64,000 nucleotides of DNA from an uncultured Oscillospiraceae bacterium (GTDB taxonomy: Bacteria; Bacillota; Clostridia; Oscillospirales; Acutalibacteraceae): the NCBI GenBank assembly GCA_902492455.1, contig CABULH010000001.1, forward strand, positions 143,862 to 207,861, written 5' to 3'. The notes below the pieces were generated by a model, which was not told the DNA's origin, did not search any database, and saw only the letters and a list, made by a program, of their open reading frames with translations. Shown one piece after another: positions 18,453-28,749 of this stretch. Every line of letters starts with the position of its first letter. Within the stretch, counting starts at the first letter, position 1. A program made the position numbers and the translations under genes.

Positions 18453-19419
18453 AATTTCTGACTCGTTTCCCTTCTTCGTATTTCTCGTAGGCCTGGATGA
18501 TCCGCTGCACCAGCTGATGACGGACAACATCCTTCTCATTAAATTGGCAGATGCCGATGTCCTCGACACCCTTGAGAACGCGCATGACCTCGCGCAGGCC
18601 GCTCTTGTGACCATCCGGAAGATCGATCTGCGTAATGTCGCCGGTAACAACCATCTTGGAATTGAAACCCAGGCGGGTGAGGAACATTTTCATCTGTTCG
18701 GGAGTGGTGTTCTGCGCCTCGTCCAGAATGATGAAGCTGTCGTCCAGCGTTCGCCCGCGCATATACGCCAGAGGCGCCACCTCAATGTTGCCGCGCTCCA
18801 GGTATTTTTGATAGGTCTCGGTGCCGAGCATATCGAACAGCGCATCGTACAGGGGCCGCAGGTACGGGTCCACCTTGGATTGAAGATCACCCGGCAGAAA
18901 ACCCAGTTTTTCGCCTGCCTCCACAGCGGGACGGGTCAGGATAATGCGGTTGACCTCCTTGGCCCGAAAAGCCTTGACGGCCATGGCAACCGCCAGATAG
19001 GTCTTACCTGTGCCCGCGGGCCCGATACCCAGCACCACCGTGTTGCTGCGGATGGCCTCGATGTATCGTTTCTGCCCCAGGGTCTTGGGTTTGACCGGCC
19101 GTCCCTTGGAGGTGATGCAGATACTGTCGCCCGACAGCTGGGGAAGTTCCTGATCACTGCCTTCATCCACCAGAGTGAGTACATAGCGGACATTCTGCTC
19201 GTTGAGCTGTTCGCCGCGGTTGATGAGCTGAAGAAGTCCCTCGATGGCCCGGACCGCCTTGGCGACGCCTTCGCCCTCCCCGCTTACCTTCAAATCTGAA
19301 CCGCGGCTGACGATATCCACGCCGTAATGCTGTTCAATCAGCCGCACATTTTCATCGAAGCTGCCGAAAAGGGAGACCGCCTGTTCCATACGGTCCACAT
19401 TGATGATTTGTTCAAGCAT
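18427..19419 (-). CDS. phoH: PhoH-like ATPase (YbeZ)
   Basis: Walker A GPAGTGKT, PhoH family conservation; phoH-ybeY-dgkA synteny. Confidence 0.85.
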   Translation of the reverse strand: MLEQIINVDRMEQAVSLFGSFDENVRLIEQHYGVDIVSRGSDLKVSGEGEGVAKAVRAIEGLLQLINRGEQLNEQNVRYVLTLVDEGSDQELPQLSGDSICITSKGRPVKPKTLGQKRYIEAIRSNTVVLGIGPAGTGKTYLAVAMAVKAFRAKEVNRIILTRPAVEAGEKLGFLPGDLQSKVDPYLRPLYDALFDMLGTETYQKYLERGNIEVAPLAYMRGRTLDDSFIILDEAQNTTPEQMKMFLTRLGFNSKMVVTGDITQIDLPDGHKSGLREVMRVLKGVEDIGICQFNEKDVVRHQLVQRIIQAYEKYEEGKRVRNYGKNQGRN

Positions 19420-19665
19420 GTGAAACCTCCGTTTAGATTAGCCATAGGACGCGGAGCACAAAGCTTCACGCCGTATGTTTTGCCGCTTTCGCCGGTTGAC
19501 TGCCTGAACAGAGGAGATCCGGTAACAGCGCCCGAAATACCGCGGATAGTATGCTATGTAAATTTATTATACCAATATATTATCGGTTTGTCATGGTGCA
19601 ATACCGCCAAAATTTTCCCCGTCGTTTCCGTTGCGGTCTGTATCCGTAAAGCGGGGCGATGGACA

Positions 19666-20841
19666 TCAATCCAGCAGAATCTGCTCTTCCACGCCGATAT
19701 CCTCAATACACCCGTAGAAACCCTTCAGAATATAGTATCCGTCCGCCAGATTTCCCTGATACCGGGAGGCGGTGATCTGCGCGTTGCCCAATTCCGCCTG
19801 TTCCTTCTGCTTCAGCTGCTGTTCCGCCATGGCGGCAGCTTCCTGTTCGGTACGGGTTATTTCCGTGGGGGCCATGAGAATATAGCGGCGACTGGTAACG
19901 GAGAGGGGCATGGGCAGGCCGCCGGCCATCAGCGCGTGTTCCGTTTCCTCCAGGGAATATTCGCTGTCGATGGGGCCGTCGGTATACCAGGGGATGGAGA
20001 TGGTGAAAAAGTTCAGGGATGGCCGAAAAATGGTGCGGCCGGTAGGCAGCAGCCGGGTTTCCTTCAAGGGAATCCGCACCTCCAGCTCCCGATTTGTTTC
20101 CGCAATGATCTTGGCCTGGGAGCGGCGCAGAATAGTGCCCTGGGTTCCCTCGATAACGCCGCTGACCAGCAGCATCCCCTCGGTGACGGCGTCGCCGTTC
20201 TGTACCGCAGCCTCCCCTCCGTAAACCGAGAATTCGATGATCCGTCCGTCCCGGGCCGCCCGGATATTGGAGGGGCGGTTGGGGTCGGTAGGCGTGGGGG
20301 GCAGGGTGCGTTCCTTAACCTCCACCCGGGCCACGCTGCCGCTGAGATTCACCGCCAGCCAAGCCACATCTGGAATTTTCTGCAAAGCGATCAGCTGGAT
20401 ATTGGGAATATCCAGGTTCTCCGAGCGATTGCCCAGTTCCACGCCCATAGGCTCCAGCACGGACAGAATCTCCCGGTCGGTGAGTTTTTCGGTGCCGATC
20501 ACATCGATTGCCCATATGCGCTGAGAAAAGAAATGCAGTAGCAAAACATAAGCGGCCAAACCCACGGCAATCCCTGCCCGGGCATGGTATCGCCGCAGGA
20601 AGAAGGGAACACCGTGGCGTTCCCGCACCCGCATGCGCATACAGGCTTTGCGGGCGGGCTGCCGCAGCTTTTTGTAATCCCTGGCCCGGCAGCAGGCGGT
20701 CAGGGTAATGCCCTGGCGGCTGATGCCCCAAAGCTGGATTTCTTCTCTTGCCGCCAGGTTCAGCAGCCGCTCGGGAAAGCCTCCTTCCGCTGTCAGCCGT
20801 ATCCAGCCGAAGAGCCAGCGGAGAAAACGAATCAAAAACAT
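19666..20841 (-). CDS. yqfD: sporulation protein YqfD (stage IV)
   Basis: Full-length YqfD family architecture (N-terminal segment, central TM, C-terminal domain); yqfC-yqfD-phoH synteny. Confidence 0.7.
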   Translation of the reverse strand: MFLIRFLRWLFGWIRLTAEGGFPERLLNLAAREEIQLWGISRQGITLTACCRARDYKKLRQPARKACMRMRVRERHGVPFFLRRYHARAGIAVGLAAYVLLLHFFSQRIWAIDVIGTEKLTDREILSVLEPMGVELGNRSENLDIPNIQLIALQKIPDVAWLAVNLSGSVARVEVKERTLPPTPTDPNRPSNIRAARDGRIIEFSVYGGEAAVQNGDAVTEGMLLVSGVIEGTQGTILRRSQAKIIAETNRELEVRIPLKETRLLPTGRTIFRPSLNFFTISIPWYTDGPIDSEYSLEETEHALMAGGLPMPLSVTSRRYILMAPTEITRTEQEAAAMAEQQLKQKEQAELGNAQITASRYQGNLADGYYILKGFYGCIEDIGVEEQILLD

Positions 20842-20906
20842 GCCGGTTCCCCCTTATTCTTTAGGTAAGCAATGAATTCATCCGATGCGAAGGAAGAGCC
20901 CTTTGC

Positions 20907-21287
20907 TCAGGATAAGAATTCCACCGAAAGAATGGTGCCGGAAACCACGGCGCTGTCCTCCGTCAGACAGTTCATGGTAAGATCACGGCCCATGAAGCGG
21001 ACGATGCCGCTGGTGGTGTTCAGGCGGATGACGCCTTCCTCATATTCCAAAATACCCCGGCAACCCTCCACCACGGCCCGGCGGTTGCCGGAGAGTTCCA
21101 CCCGGGCCGCACCGCTGAGAGATCCTTCGGGCAGTTCCAGCACCTGCTCCACCCGCTGGGTGATGGGGGACGGCTGCCGGGCACAGTAATTGCGTTTTCT
21201 TCTCAAGGTTTGGCACACCTCTTTCCGCCTGCGAAAGCGGCGCAAGCCGCAGACTGATAATGGGATTCCTCCTTCTACCATATGCAA
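20907..21287 (-). CDS. yqfC: sporulation protein YqfC
   Basis: YqfC family core (LELPEGSLSGAARVELSGNRRAVVEGCRGILEYEEGVIRLNT) directly upstream of yqfD; true start probably internal to the listed ORF. Confidence 0.5.
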   Translation of the reverse strand: MHMVEGGIPLSVCGLRRFRRRKEVCQTLRRKRNYCARQPSPITQRVEQVLELPEGSLSGAARVELSGNRRAVVEGCRGILEYEEGVIRLNTTSGIVRFMGRDLTMNCLTEDSAVVSGTILSVEFLS

Positions 21288-21418
21288 TTTCTGGGAAATT
21301 CATGCTGGAATCCCTGCCGAAGTTTCAGGCATAAACGGCATGAGACTAGACTATACATGGAAGAGAGGACAAGGAGCCGGATGGCGGCAAGAGGAAGGAC
21401 AGCAGGGAGGAAGTTTTT

Positions 21419-22594
21419 ATGTTTATTAAAACGCTGCACAAATCAGCGATGAAGACCGGCGGCCAGCTGGCAGCGCTGGCAGGAGCGGCCGCTGCGCTGC
21501 TGATCTGGCCCCAGGCAGTGGCCGGCGGGGTGAGCCGGGGACTGTCTATCTGTGGGACGGTGATTATCCCCTCCCTTTTCCCCTTTCTGGTTTTGGCAGG
21601 CTTTCTGGTGCGCAGCGGAATCAGCGCCGCGCTGGGACGGCGGCTGGAGAGGCCCACCCGTTTTTTGTTCGGTCTGCCGGGCTGCTGCGCCGCCGGTATC
21701 CTGGTGGGCTTTATCGGTGGGTATCCGGCGGGAGGCATTGCGGCGGGGGAGCTGCTGGAAGGCGGCTACATTACCCGGACTGAGGGCAGGCGAATGCTGC
21801 GGTTCTGCGTCAATGCGGGACCGGCTTTTATCATCAGCGCCGTGGGTGCGGGAATGATGGGCAGCGTACGGATGGGAGCGGTACTGTTTGCGGCCCATAT
21901 TCTGGCGTCGCTGCTTTTGGGAATCGGCGGCAGGATATGGGATGGACGCAGCAGGAAAAATGAGCCGGAGGAGCGGTCCGTTCTAAGAACCAAACGGCTG
22001 CCCGCAGCAGCTGCTTTTGTAGAATCGGTCAACAGCGCCTGCCGTTCACTGCTGTATATGTGCGGCTTCGTGGTGCTGTTTGCCGCCATTCTGGCGTTGT
22101 GTGACGCCTCTGGCGTCACCGGCTTTGTTCAGCAAGCGCTGCTTCTGCCCTTTCATTTGATCGGAGCGGACGGCAGCGGGCTGAACTGCCTCTTTCCCTG
22201 TCTGCTGGAGGTCAGCTGCGGAGCGGTGGAGGCCGCCGGCGCAGGAAGTTTGGCACCGATGCTGCTGGGTATGGCTCTGGGGTGGGGAGGGCTCTCGGTT
22301 CATTGTCAGCTGGCGGCTAATCTTCACGCCTATAAGGTGATGGATCGGGGATTCTTTGCCGCCCGGGCGGTCCACGCGGCTTTGGGTGGGCTTCTGACAG
22401 TGCTGCTGTTCCGCATCATCCCCATGCCGCTGGAAACCTTTTCACCGCTGACCGATGCGAAGGTCACGCCTTTTTCCAACTCGATAGTCGCTTCGGTGGC
22501 GCTGCTGATGATGTGCGCCATGCTGCTGCTGGTAACGGCTTCCAAGGAGCCGGGGCGAATGAAAATATCACTGGAAAAAGGCCGAAAATTGTGA
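21419..22594 (+). CDS. ylbJ: sporulation integral membrane protein YlbJ (nucleoside-recognition domain)
   Basis: Multi-TM protein with YlbJ family conservation; divergent from yqfC. Confidence 0.65.
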   Translation: MFIKTLHKSAMKTGGQLAALAGAAAALLIWPQAVAGGVSRGLSICGTVIIPSLFPFLVLAGFLVRSGISAALGRRLERPTRFLFGLPGCCAAGILVGFIGGYPAGGIAAGELLEGGYITRTEGRRMLRFCVNAGPAFIISAVGAGMMGSVRMGAVLFAAHILASLLLGIGGRIWDGRSRKNEPEERSVLRTKRLPAAAAFVESVNSACRSLLYMCGFVVLFAAILALCDASGVTGFVQQALLLPFHLIGADGSGLNCLFPCLLEVSCGAVEAAGAGSLAPMLLGMALGWGGLSVHCQLAANLHAYKVMDRGFFAARAVHAALGGLLTVLLFRIIPMPLETFSPLTDAKVTPFSNSIVASVALLMMCAMLLLVTASKEPGRMKISLEKGRKL

Positions 22595-22641
22595 TATACT
22601 GATTCCTATCCGGAGATGCCACAACGGCGGGAGGGGACAGG

Positions 22642-22860
22642 ATGCGGAAAAAATTATACGGCAATACGGTGCAGCCTTCCTGTGAGCACTGTGTCTACGG
22701 CCGAAAATCCTTTGACGGCAATGCAGTGCTTTGTGAGCAGAAGGGGGTTATGCCCCTGTATCACCATTGCCGCCGATATCGATATGATCCGCTGAAACGG
22801 GTGCCTTATCGTCAGCCGGCATTGGCAACCTATACGGAAGAAGATTTTCAAATCGAATAA
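22642..22860 (+). CDS. small Cys-rich hypothetical protein (possible zinc ribbon)
   Basis: 72 aa with CEHC...C...HHC spacing; terminator immediately downstream. Confidence 0.3.
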   Translation: MRKKLYGNTVQPSCEHCVYGRKSFDGNAVLCEQKGVMPLYHHCRRYRYDPLKRVPYRQPALATYTEEDFQIE

Positions 22861-22861
22861 A

Positions 22862-22896
22862 AAGGGGCTGGAGCCGACTGCTCCAGCCCTTTGGCA
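22862..22896 (+). terminator. Rho-independent terminator
   Basis: aaaggggctggagc-cgac-tgctccagcccttt hairpin followed by ggcaaat. Confidence 0.45.
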
Positions 22897-22943
22897 AATG
22901 GCTTCATATTTCCGATGAACTGCATGAGATACGGAGGGATATC

Positions 22944-23681
22944 ATGATTCGGCTGTTTCGTAAACGGGAGGAACCGGTCAATCAGCATCCGCCGGTGTCG
23001 GCAGTGGTAGTGGCTGCGGGCGGCTCCACCCGCATGGGGGTGCCAAAGCAGCTGATTCCGCTGCGGGGCATGCCGGTGATCGCCCGCACTTTACTGGCTC
23101 TTGACGCGGCGGAACTGGTGGACGAGATCGTGCTGGTGGCCCGGCAGGAGGATATGCTGCCCTTTTATACCCTCTGCAAGCAGTACGGGGTGCGCAAGGT
23201 CACCGCTATCGTGCCTGGCGCCGCGACCCGGCAGCAATCGGTGGCCGCCGGCGTGGCTGCCGCACGATCCGGCGCGGCCTATTTTGCTATTCATGACGGC
23301 GCCCGGCCGTTGATCCGCCCAAGTACGGCGGATGCGGTGATCGAGGAGGCTTTTGCCTGCGGGGCCGCGACGGCGGCTGTGCCGGTAAAGGACACGGTGA
23401 AGGAAGCGGATGAAAACGGCTTCATTGCCGGGACGCCGGATCGCAGCCGCTTATGGAATGTTCAGACCCCTCAGGTATTTGAGGCGGACTTGTACCGGCG
23501 GGCTATGGAACAGGCTGCGGCGCTGGGAGAGGATTTTACCGACGACTGTCAGCTGGTGGAGCGCATGGGCTGTCCGGTCCGATTATGCAGGGCGGATTAC
23601 GCCAATATTAAGATCACAACGCCGGAGGATGTGGCCTTTGCCGAGGCCATCCTGCGGGAAAGGGATGACGAATGGCAGTGA
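22944..23681 (+). CDS. ispD: 2-C-methyl-D-erythritol 4-phosphate cytidylyltransferase
   Basis: [14 protein letters not shown]-loop-like motif and IspD family core; 10-bp overlap with ispF. Confidence 0.85.
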   Translation: MIRLFRKREEPVNQHPPVSAVVVAAGGSTRMGVPKQLIPLRGMPVIARTLLALDAAELVDEIVLVARQEDMLPFYTLCKQYGVRKVTAIVPGAATRQQSVAAGVAAARSGAAYFAIHDGARPLIRPSTADAVIEEAFACGAATAAVPVKDTVKEADENGFIAGTPDRSRLWNVQTPQVFEADLYRRAMEQAAALGEDFTDDCQLVERMGCPVRLCRADYANIKITTPEDVAFAEAILRERDDEWQ

Positions 23682-24187
23682 GGATTGGACATGGCTATGA
23701 CGTGCACCGGCTGATCCCGGGCCGTCCGCTGATTTTGGGCGGTGTGGATATCCCTTATGAGAAGGGGCTGCTGGGCCATTCCGACGCGGATGTGCTGACC
23801 CATGCGGTGATGGATGCCTTGCTGGGGGCGGCGGCACTGGGAGATATCGGCGGGCATTTCCCCGATACCGATCCGGCCTACAGCGGTGCGGACAGCCTGC
23901 GGCTGCTGGAACGGGTGGCGGCGTTGATCCGGGAGAAGGGCTATGTCGTCGGCAATATCGACGCCACGATCCTGGCGCAGGCTCCCAAGCTGAAGTCCTA
24001 TATCGGTGATATGCGGCAGCGGATAGCGGCGGCGTGCGGCGTGGAATTGGATCAGATCAGTGTTAAAGCAACCACAGAGGAAGGATTGGGATTTACCGGC
24101 GCAGGCGAGGGGATTGCCGCTCACGCCGTCTGCCTGCTGGAGCAGCGAACCGAATATCAGGAGGAGGTCAAACATGCCGGAGCCTAA
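23672..24187 (+). CDS. ispF: 2-C-methyl-D-erythritol 2,4-cyclodiphosphate synthase
   Basis: [11 protein letters not shown] and [11 protein letters not shown] motifs. Confidence 0.9.
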   Translation: MAVRIGHGYDVHRLIPGRPLILGGVDIPYEKGLLGHSDADVLTHAVMDALLGAAALGDIGGHFPDTDPAYSGADSLRLLERVAALIREKGYVVGNIDATILAQAPKLKSYIGDMRQRIAAACGVELDQISVKATTEEGLGFTGAGEGIAAHAVCLLEQRTEYQEEVKHAGA

Positions 24188-24647
24188 ACGGGTGGCGGAT
24201 TCCCGGACGGAGCAGATTCAGATTTTAATGCCCGAGCACATCAACGGAGCGGGCCGCCTTTTCGGCGGCAAGCTGGTGGAATGGATCGATGTGGTGGCCG
24301 GCGTGGTGGCCCGGCGGCATTCCGGCCACAACGTCATCACCGCGGCTATCGACAACCTCCAGTTCAAGGAAGGGGCCTATGTCAATAATACCCTGGTGCT
24401 GATCGGCCGGATCACCCATGTGGGCCGTACCTCCATGGAGGTACGGGTGGATACCTATGTGGAAGGGCTGGACGGTATGCGCAAGGCGGTCAATCGCGCT
24501 TATCTGGTGCTGGTGGCGCTGGACGAGGAGGAGCAGCCCACGGAGGTTCCCGGGCTGCTGCTGGAAAACGAGACCGAGAGGGCGGAATGGGATGCCGGAG
24601 AACGTCGTCGGCAGCTGCGCTCCCAACGGCGAAAAGAAGGATATTGA
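24174..24647 (+). CDS. acyl-CoA thioesterase (hotdog fold, YciA-like)
   Basis: Hotdog fold pattern ([25 protein letters not shown]). Start MPEPKR with RBS GGAGGAGG; overlaps the ispF end. Confidence 0.6.
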   Translation: MPEPKRVADSRTEQIQILMPEHINGAGRLFGGKLVEWIDVVAGVVARRHSGHNVITAAIDNLQFKEGAYVNNTLVLIGRITHVGRTSMEVRVDTYVEGLDGMRKAVNRAYLVLVALDEEEQPTEVPGLLLENETERAEWDAGERRRQLRSQRRKEGY

Positions 24648-24705
24648 CAGCTTAAAATCCGGTAAGGAAAGCGGGCCGGAGGATGGAAAAGGAGAGGGAT
24701 AATAT

Positions 24706-25578
24706 ATGAAGATCGCCGTCAGTTCCTACAGCTTTCAGGCATTGATTCAGGCGGGAGCCATGACCCAGCTGGATTGCGTCCAGGCGGCGAAACGTCTGGG
24801 CTTCGACGCGGTGGAGTTTATCGGTCTGCAGCCCCACGACAGCTCTGCCCCGGCGGAATACGCAGAGAGAATCCGCGAAGAGAGCGAGCGCTGCGGTTTG
24901 CCGGTATCCAACTATACCATTGCCGCCGATTTTTTGACCGGCAGCGGCGGTGATCTGCAGCGGGAGATTGAGCGGCTGTACGGCGAGGTGGATATGGCGG
25001 TGCGGCTGGGCAGCCGCAGTATGCGCCACGATGCTTCCGGCGGATATCCCGCCGAACAGAGGAGTTGGAGAGGGTTTGAGCAGGCTCTGCCCAGGCTGGC
25101 GGAAGGCTGCCGGAAGGTAACGGAGTACGCCGTCCAGCAGGGCGTGCGGACAATGGTGGAAAACCACGGCTTCTTCTGCCAGGATTCCGACCGGGTGGAA
25201 AAATTGATCAATACGGTGGCCCACGACAACTTTGGCTGGCTGGTGGATATGGGGAATTTCCTCTGCGCCGATGAGGATCCGGCTAAGGCTGTGGGGCGGG
25301 CTGCTCCTTATGCTTTCTATGTTCACGGAAAGGATTTCCTGGTGAAAAGCGGTATGGAGCCGGATCCGGGCAGCGGTTTTTTCCGCAGCCGGGGCGGCGC
25401 TTACCTGCGGGGCACGGTGGTCGGCCATGGGAATGTGCCGGTACGGCAATGCTTGGCGGCGCTGAAAGGCGCGGGCTACGACGGGTATATCGGGCTGGAA
25501 TTCGAGGGAGTCGAGCCGACGGAATGGGCGCTGCGGACCGGATTGGAAAACCTGCGCCGCGCCATAGAAGCGATATAA
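24706..25578 (+). CDS. sugar phosphate isomerase/epimerase (xylose-isomerase-like TIM barrel)
   Basis: AP-endonuclease-2 / xylose-isomerase-like TIM-barrel pattern (VEFIG, ENHG, GLEFEG). Confidence 0.65.
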   Translation: MKIAVSSYSFQALIQAGAMTQLDCVQAAKRLGFDAVEFIGLQPHDSSAPAEYAERIREESERCGLPVSNYTIAADFLTGSGGDLQREIERLYGEVDMAVRLGSRSMRHDASGGYPAEQRSWRGFEQALPRLAEGCRKVTEYAVQQGVRTMVENHGFFCQDSDRVEKLINTVAHDNFGWLVDMGNFLCADEDPAKAVGRAAPYAFYVHGKDFLVKSGMEPDPGSGFFRSRGGAYLRGTVVGHGNVPVRQCLAALKGAGYDGYIGLEFEGVEPTEWALRTGLENLRRAIEAI

Positions 25579-25619
25579 AGCAAAAAGGAAGCCGCGGCCG
25601 CGGCTTCCTTTTTGCTTTA
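25578..25619. terminator. bidirectional terminator, perfect 21-bp-arm palindrome
   Basis: aaagcaaaaaggaagccgcggc|gccgcggcttcctttttgcttt between convergent genes. Confidence 0.6.
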
Positions 25620-27287
25620 TATCGTTATCACTTCCACACTGTCGGGCGACTGTACCTGAGAATCCACGCTGTCGTCTGAACGGCGGCGATGGCTGACCGT
25701 GAGGATGCCATGCGGGGTGGGGTAGCTGCCTTCCGCCCATTCCAGATCCCCAAGCTGTGGCTCCACCGCGATTCGGCGGCATCCGGGTTCCAAAACCTTG
25801 ACTCCCAGAACCTCCTCCGCCAGAAAAGGTACTGGACCGGAGGCCCAGCCGTGACAGAGACTGTGGCGAAAACCGGTATAACAGGCGATACCGTTGTCTC
25901 CGTGGAGATCCCGCTGGTCGCCGGTGGGAAGCTCGTCAATTCTGCCGGTATTCTCCAGCCAGCGCAGATCCAGATCCTCCCAGAAGGAGGTGGCTCCTTT
26001 GTCCAGCATCGCGCCGTAATAGGCGCGCAGCATATGCAGGGCTTCCGCCATCCGGCCGCCTTGGGAGGTGGCTTTGAGTATGTAATAGCTGAGAAATGTG
26101 CACATGCCGGCGGCGCCGTCTTGGGTGATCCGCTGCGCGGCCTCTGCGCAGTCCAGGAATCCGGCCAGCGCCTGAAAGGCGGTGACGGATTTAGCTTCCA
26201 CGCGAGGAACCTCGCGCAATCTCAGTGCCTGGTACTTTTCTTTACATAAAGCCGCCGTTTCTGTATCGCCGTAAAAGCCGGCAAGCCGGCAGGCTTTTTC
26301 CAGAGACAGAGACAGCAGAGCACGAACGCCGGCTTGGGCTGCGGGAGTGCCGTCGGTTGGCCAGTCGAAGAAATAAACCGGCACCTGGTCCTGGCCCTTT
26401 TCATCCACCAGCGCCGTCAGCTGGCGAATCAGCGTCAGGGCATAGTCCCGCTGTCTGGCAAGAAAGACGGCGCTGCCGCTGTAGAGATACCAATCCCACA
26501 GGATGATTATCCACCACATGGAATAGGAAGGCAGACCGTTCATCCAGCCGGGCAGAGGTGTTTGCAGCCGGATAAAATCCAGGCTCTCCTCCACCAGAGG
26601 ATGGGCGCCGAACACGCTGCGGATGGTGAGGGCTTCCGGATGCATGTCTCCGATCCAGACCAACCGGTCTCGCTTGATGCCGTCCCACAGCATTCCCTGC
26701 ATATTCAGGTGACAGGTATAGGCGGCGGTGTCATAAATCCGATTCAGCAAAGGGTCGCTGCAGCGAAAGGATCCCTTATATTCCAGGTCGCGGTAGATGA
26801 AAACCGCGAGCGCCGCTTTCAGCGGCAGAATGGCCTCCGGGGTCAGCAGCTGAATAAAAACAAAACGGAAGCCGGTTTGCCCAAACTCCTGATCGCTCAA
26901 TGGCGGAATGGTCACCGTCATGTCCCGGGCGGCGTGATCATTGGTAGCGTTCTTTTCTCCGATTTCGCTCAGCGCCTCCCCAGCGGATTCCCCAAACCGA
27001 AGCCGTACCTGAACACAGCCGCCGGCATTACCTGCGGCGTTCAGCAGACGGAGGCCGCCGTGAAGCTCACAGCCGTAATCCAGCAGAACACCGGCAGGTT
27101 CGCCTGAATTTTTATTGATCAGGTTGGTGGTATGGAGTTCGCTGAGGCCGATCTGCAGCGGTTTATCCGCCAGCAGCTTTTCCGGATTTTCCACCTTCCC
27201 GCAGATTTTCAGAATGCGGCGGGGAAGAAGAAATTTCCGCGTTCGTTCATCACGTCCGGAAAAGGGTAGGCTATCGATCACGCTCAT
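25617..27287 (-). CDS. GH78-like alpha-L-rhamnosidase catalytic-domain protein (six-hairpin glycosidase), cytoplasmic
   Basis: DGIKRDRLVWIGDMHPE motif characteristic of the rhamnosidase (alpha/alpha)6 domain; no signal peptide. Confidence 0.55.
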   Translation of the reverse strand: MSVIDSLPFSGRDERTRKFLLPRRILKICGKVENPEKLLADKPLQIGLSELHTTNLINKNSGEPAGVLLDYGCELHGGLRLLNAAGNAGGCVQVRLRFGESAGEALSEIGEKNATNDHAARDMTVTIPPLSDQEFGQTGFRFVFIQLLTPEAILPLKAALAVFIYRDLEYKGSFRCSDPLLNRIYDTAAYTCHLNMQGMLWDGIKRDRLVWIGDMHPEALTIRSVFGAHPLVEESLDFIRLQTPLPGWMNGLPSYSMWWIIILWDWYLYSGSAVFLARQRDYALTLIRQLTALVDEKGQDQVPVYFFDWPTDGTPAAQAGVRALLSLSLEKACRLAGFYGDTETAALCKEKYQALRLREVPRVEAKSVTAFQALAGFLDCAEAAQRITQDGAAGMCTFLSYYILKATSQGGRMAEALHMLRAYYGAMLDKGATSFWEDLDLRWLENTGRIDELPTGDQRDLHGDNGIACYTGFRHSLCHGWASGPVPFLAEEVLGVKVLEPGCRRIAVEPQLGDLEWAEGSYPTPHGILTVSHRRRSDDSVDSQVQSPDSVEVITI

Positions 27288-27351
27288 TTGTCAGCCCTCC
27301 ACATATGTTTTTCCCATTGTAGCTTTCTGATGGAAAATTGTAAAGCCCTTT

Positions 27352-28461
27352 TTAGCCTGCTGATTCCTTCAGCGGCTCTGTGAGCAGCCGGGCGGTGACG
27401 CGGACGCCGGTTTCCAATATCCGGCCCTCTGCGGCGCCACCGGATAAGGGCTTCCCTCCTGTTCCCAGAAGAAAAAGCAGACCGCCCGCTGTTTGCTGCA
27501 GATGGGCGTAATCATCCGCCTTGAATGGGAAAAGGAGACGGCGGCTGCCCCGGCAGACCACGCCTTCCATCCCACGAAGTATTTCGCAGGCATTGGTACA
27601 TAGGGAAGGAGCATTGACAACCGGTGGCAGAGAAGAGAAAATACCGGCAGAGAAGGAGACGTTCCAGTGGGCTTCCAGCTTCGCTGCCAACAGCTGGAGG
27701 CGTTCCGCAGTCAGCTGATGCAGCGTTCGGCTGTAAACGCCGATGTATCCATAAAAACGAATGTCCCGCCGGTCGATATCTGTGCGGAGAATGCCCGCCC
27801 GGATGCAGCGTTCTCTGACCGCCGTGTTTCTCAGCAGCCGGGAAATATTTTCCGCGGTGAGGTGAGGATGGGTGGAGAGGGCGGCGACCTGCCGGACGGC
27901 ATCACACATAATCTCTTCCCACTGGGATTTGGTCAGTCCCTCCCGATAGGACAGACGCAGAACAAACCGGGTCAATCCGCTGGCAACCGTTCCCTGGCCG
28001 ATCATCACTTCACCAGCCGGGCCGGTATGAGAGCGAAGGGCGTGAACACAGGCGGAATCCGTGAGAATTTCCGGCGGCAGTTGGTGTGCCCGGCCAACGG
28101 GATAAAAGAGGAAGCGAACAGTACCCCGCCAATCCCGCCGCCGGGCTGCCAGAATCTGCGCCGCGCCCAAGGCCACGGTGGTCTGCAGAGCCCAATCGGC
28201 TGCTTCTTCCACGCAGGAGGCAGGAAGCTGGGTGGCAAAGCAGGTGTTGTCTCCCGGCCTTGCTCCGGATAACCGGGCTATGATGCTGCGACCGTCGTCC
28301 GCTTCTTCGATCAGGGCGCCGCATTCCTCCAGCAAGGTTTTGATAATGGGCAGAGCGGCGTCCGGTTCATCGGCCAGCACGCGCCGCAGTTCCGTCCATT
28401 CCCTTTGCCGTCGTATGATGAAGGGAACAGGGGAAGAAAAAATCTCAGTCATGATTTTCAC
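27352..28461 (-). CDS. M20D amidohydrolase-like protein with apparently degenerate metal-binding motifs
   Basis: Weak similarity to the M20D core (PAGEVMIGQG resembles the GGGAKAMIE motif), but canonical H/D/E ligands are not recognisable. Confidence 0.3.
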   Translation of the reverse strand: MKIMTEIFSSPVPFIIRRQREWTELRRVLADEPDAALPIIKTLLEECGALIEEADDGRSIIARLSGARPGDNTCFATQLPASCVEEAADWALQTTVALGAAQILAARRRDWRGTVRFLFYPVGRAHQLPPEILTDSACVHALRSHTGPAGEVMIGQGTVASGLTRFVLRLSYREGLTKSQWEEIMCDAVRQVAALSTHPHLTAENISRLLRNTAVRERCIRAGILRTDIDRRDIRFYGYIGVYSRTLHQLTAERLQLLAAKLEAHWNVSFSAGIFSSLPPVVNAPSLCTNACEILRGMEGVVCRGSRRLLFPFKADDYAHLQQTAGGLLFLLGTGGKPLSGGAAEGRILETGVRVTARLLTEPLKESAG

Positions 28462-28550
28462 CTTTTTTCTACTTTAAATATTACAAAAAAAGTTATACGT
28501 TTGCCGATGGGCAAACGTGAAGACACAGTCGGTGTACGGTTACACTCCCA

Positions 28551-28600
28551 CCGGCATTCTTCAAAGAGAAAATCTTCGATTTTCTCCAGCATACCAGGAT
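28551..28600 (+). repeat. direct repeat copy 1 (50 bp, contains palindrome gagaaaat-cttcg-attttctc), candidate operator
   Basis: Identical, apart from one C/T, to 28658-28707, 107 bp downstream. Confidence 0.7.
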
Positions 28601-28657
28601 AACGCTGCCACCGGAAGAATGCCAGTGCGGCGAAGCCGCAGGAGGCTGTTCAAGCCG

Positions 28658-28707
28658 ACCGGCATTCTTCAAAGAGAAAATCTTCGATTTTCTCCAGTAT
28701 ACCAGGA
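28658..28707 (+). repeat. direct repeat copy 2, candidate operator
   Basis: accggcattcttcaaagagaaaatcttcgattttctccagtataccagga. An inverted partial copy (gaagaatgcc) lies between the two copies at 28613-28622. Confidence 0.7.
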
Positions 28708-28749
28708 AAAGCGGACGAAAAGGGTGAGAAGCCTTCACGCGGCGGTAGA

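Noticed and set aside
17943-18650. Long N-terminal extension of YbeY (ORF track 235 aa) and of SufD (382 aa), XRE (226 aa), RecO (271 aa), thioesterase (195 aa)
   Set aside because: The extensions overlap upstream genes, are Arg/Ser/Cys-rich and precede internal Met codons with proper RBS and family-typical N-termini; trimmed to the internal starts.
21288-21418. SigE-type sporulation promoters for yqfC and ylbJ
   Set aside because: Sequences resembling CATACA -10 elements are present (gactatacatgg), but a convincing kmATATT -35 at correct spacing could not be established by eye.
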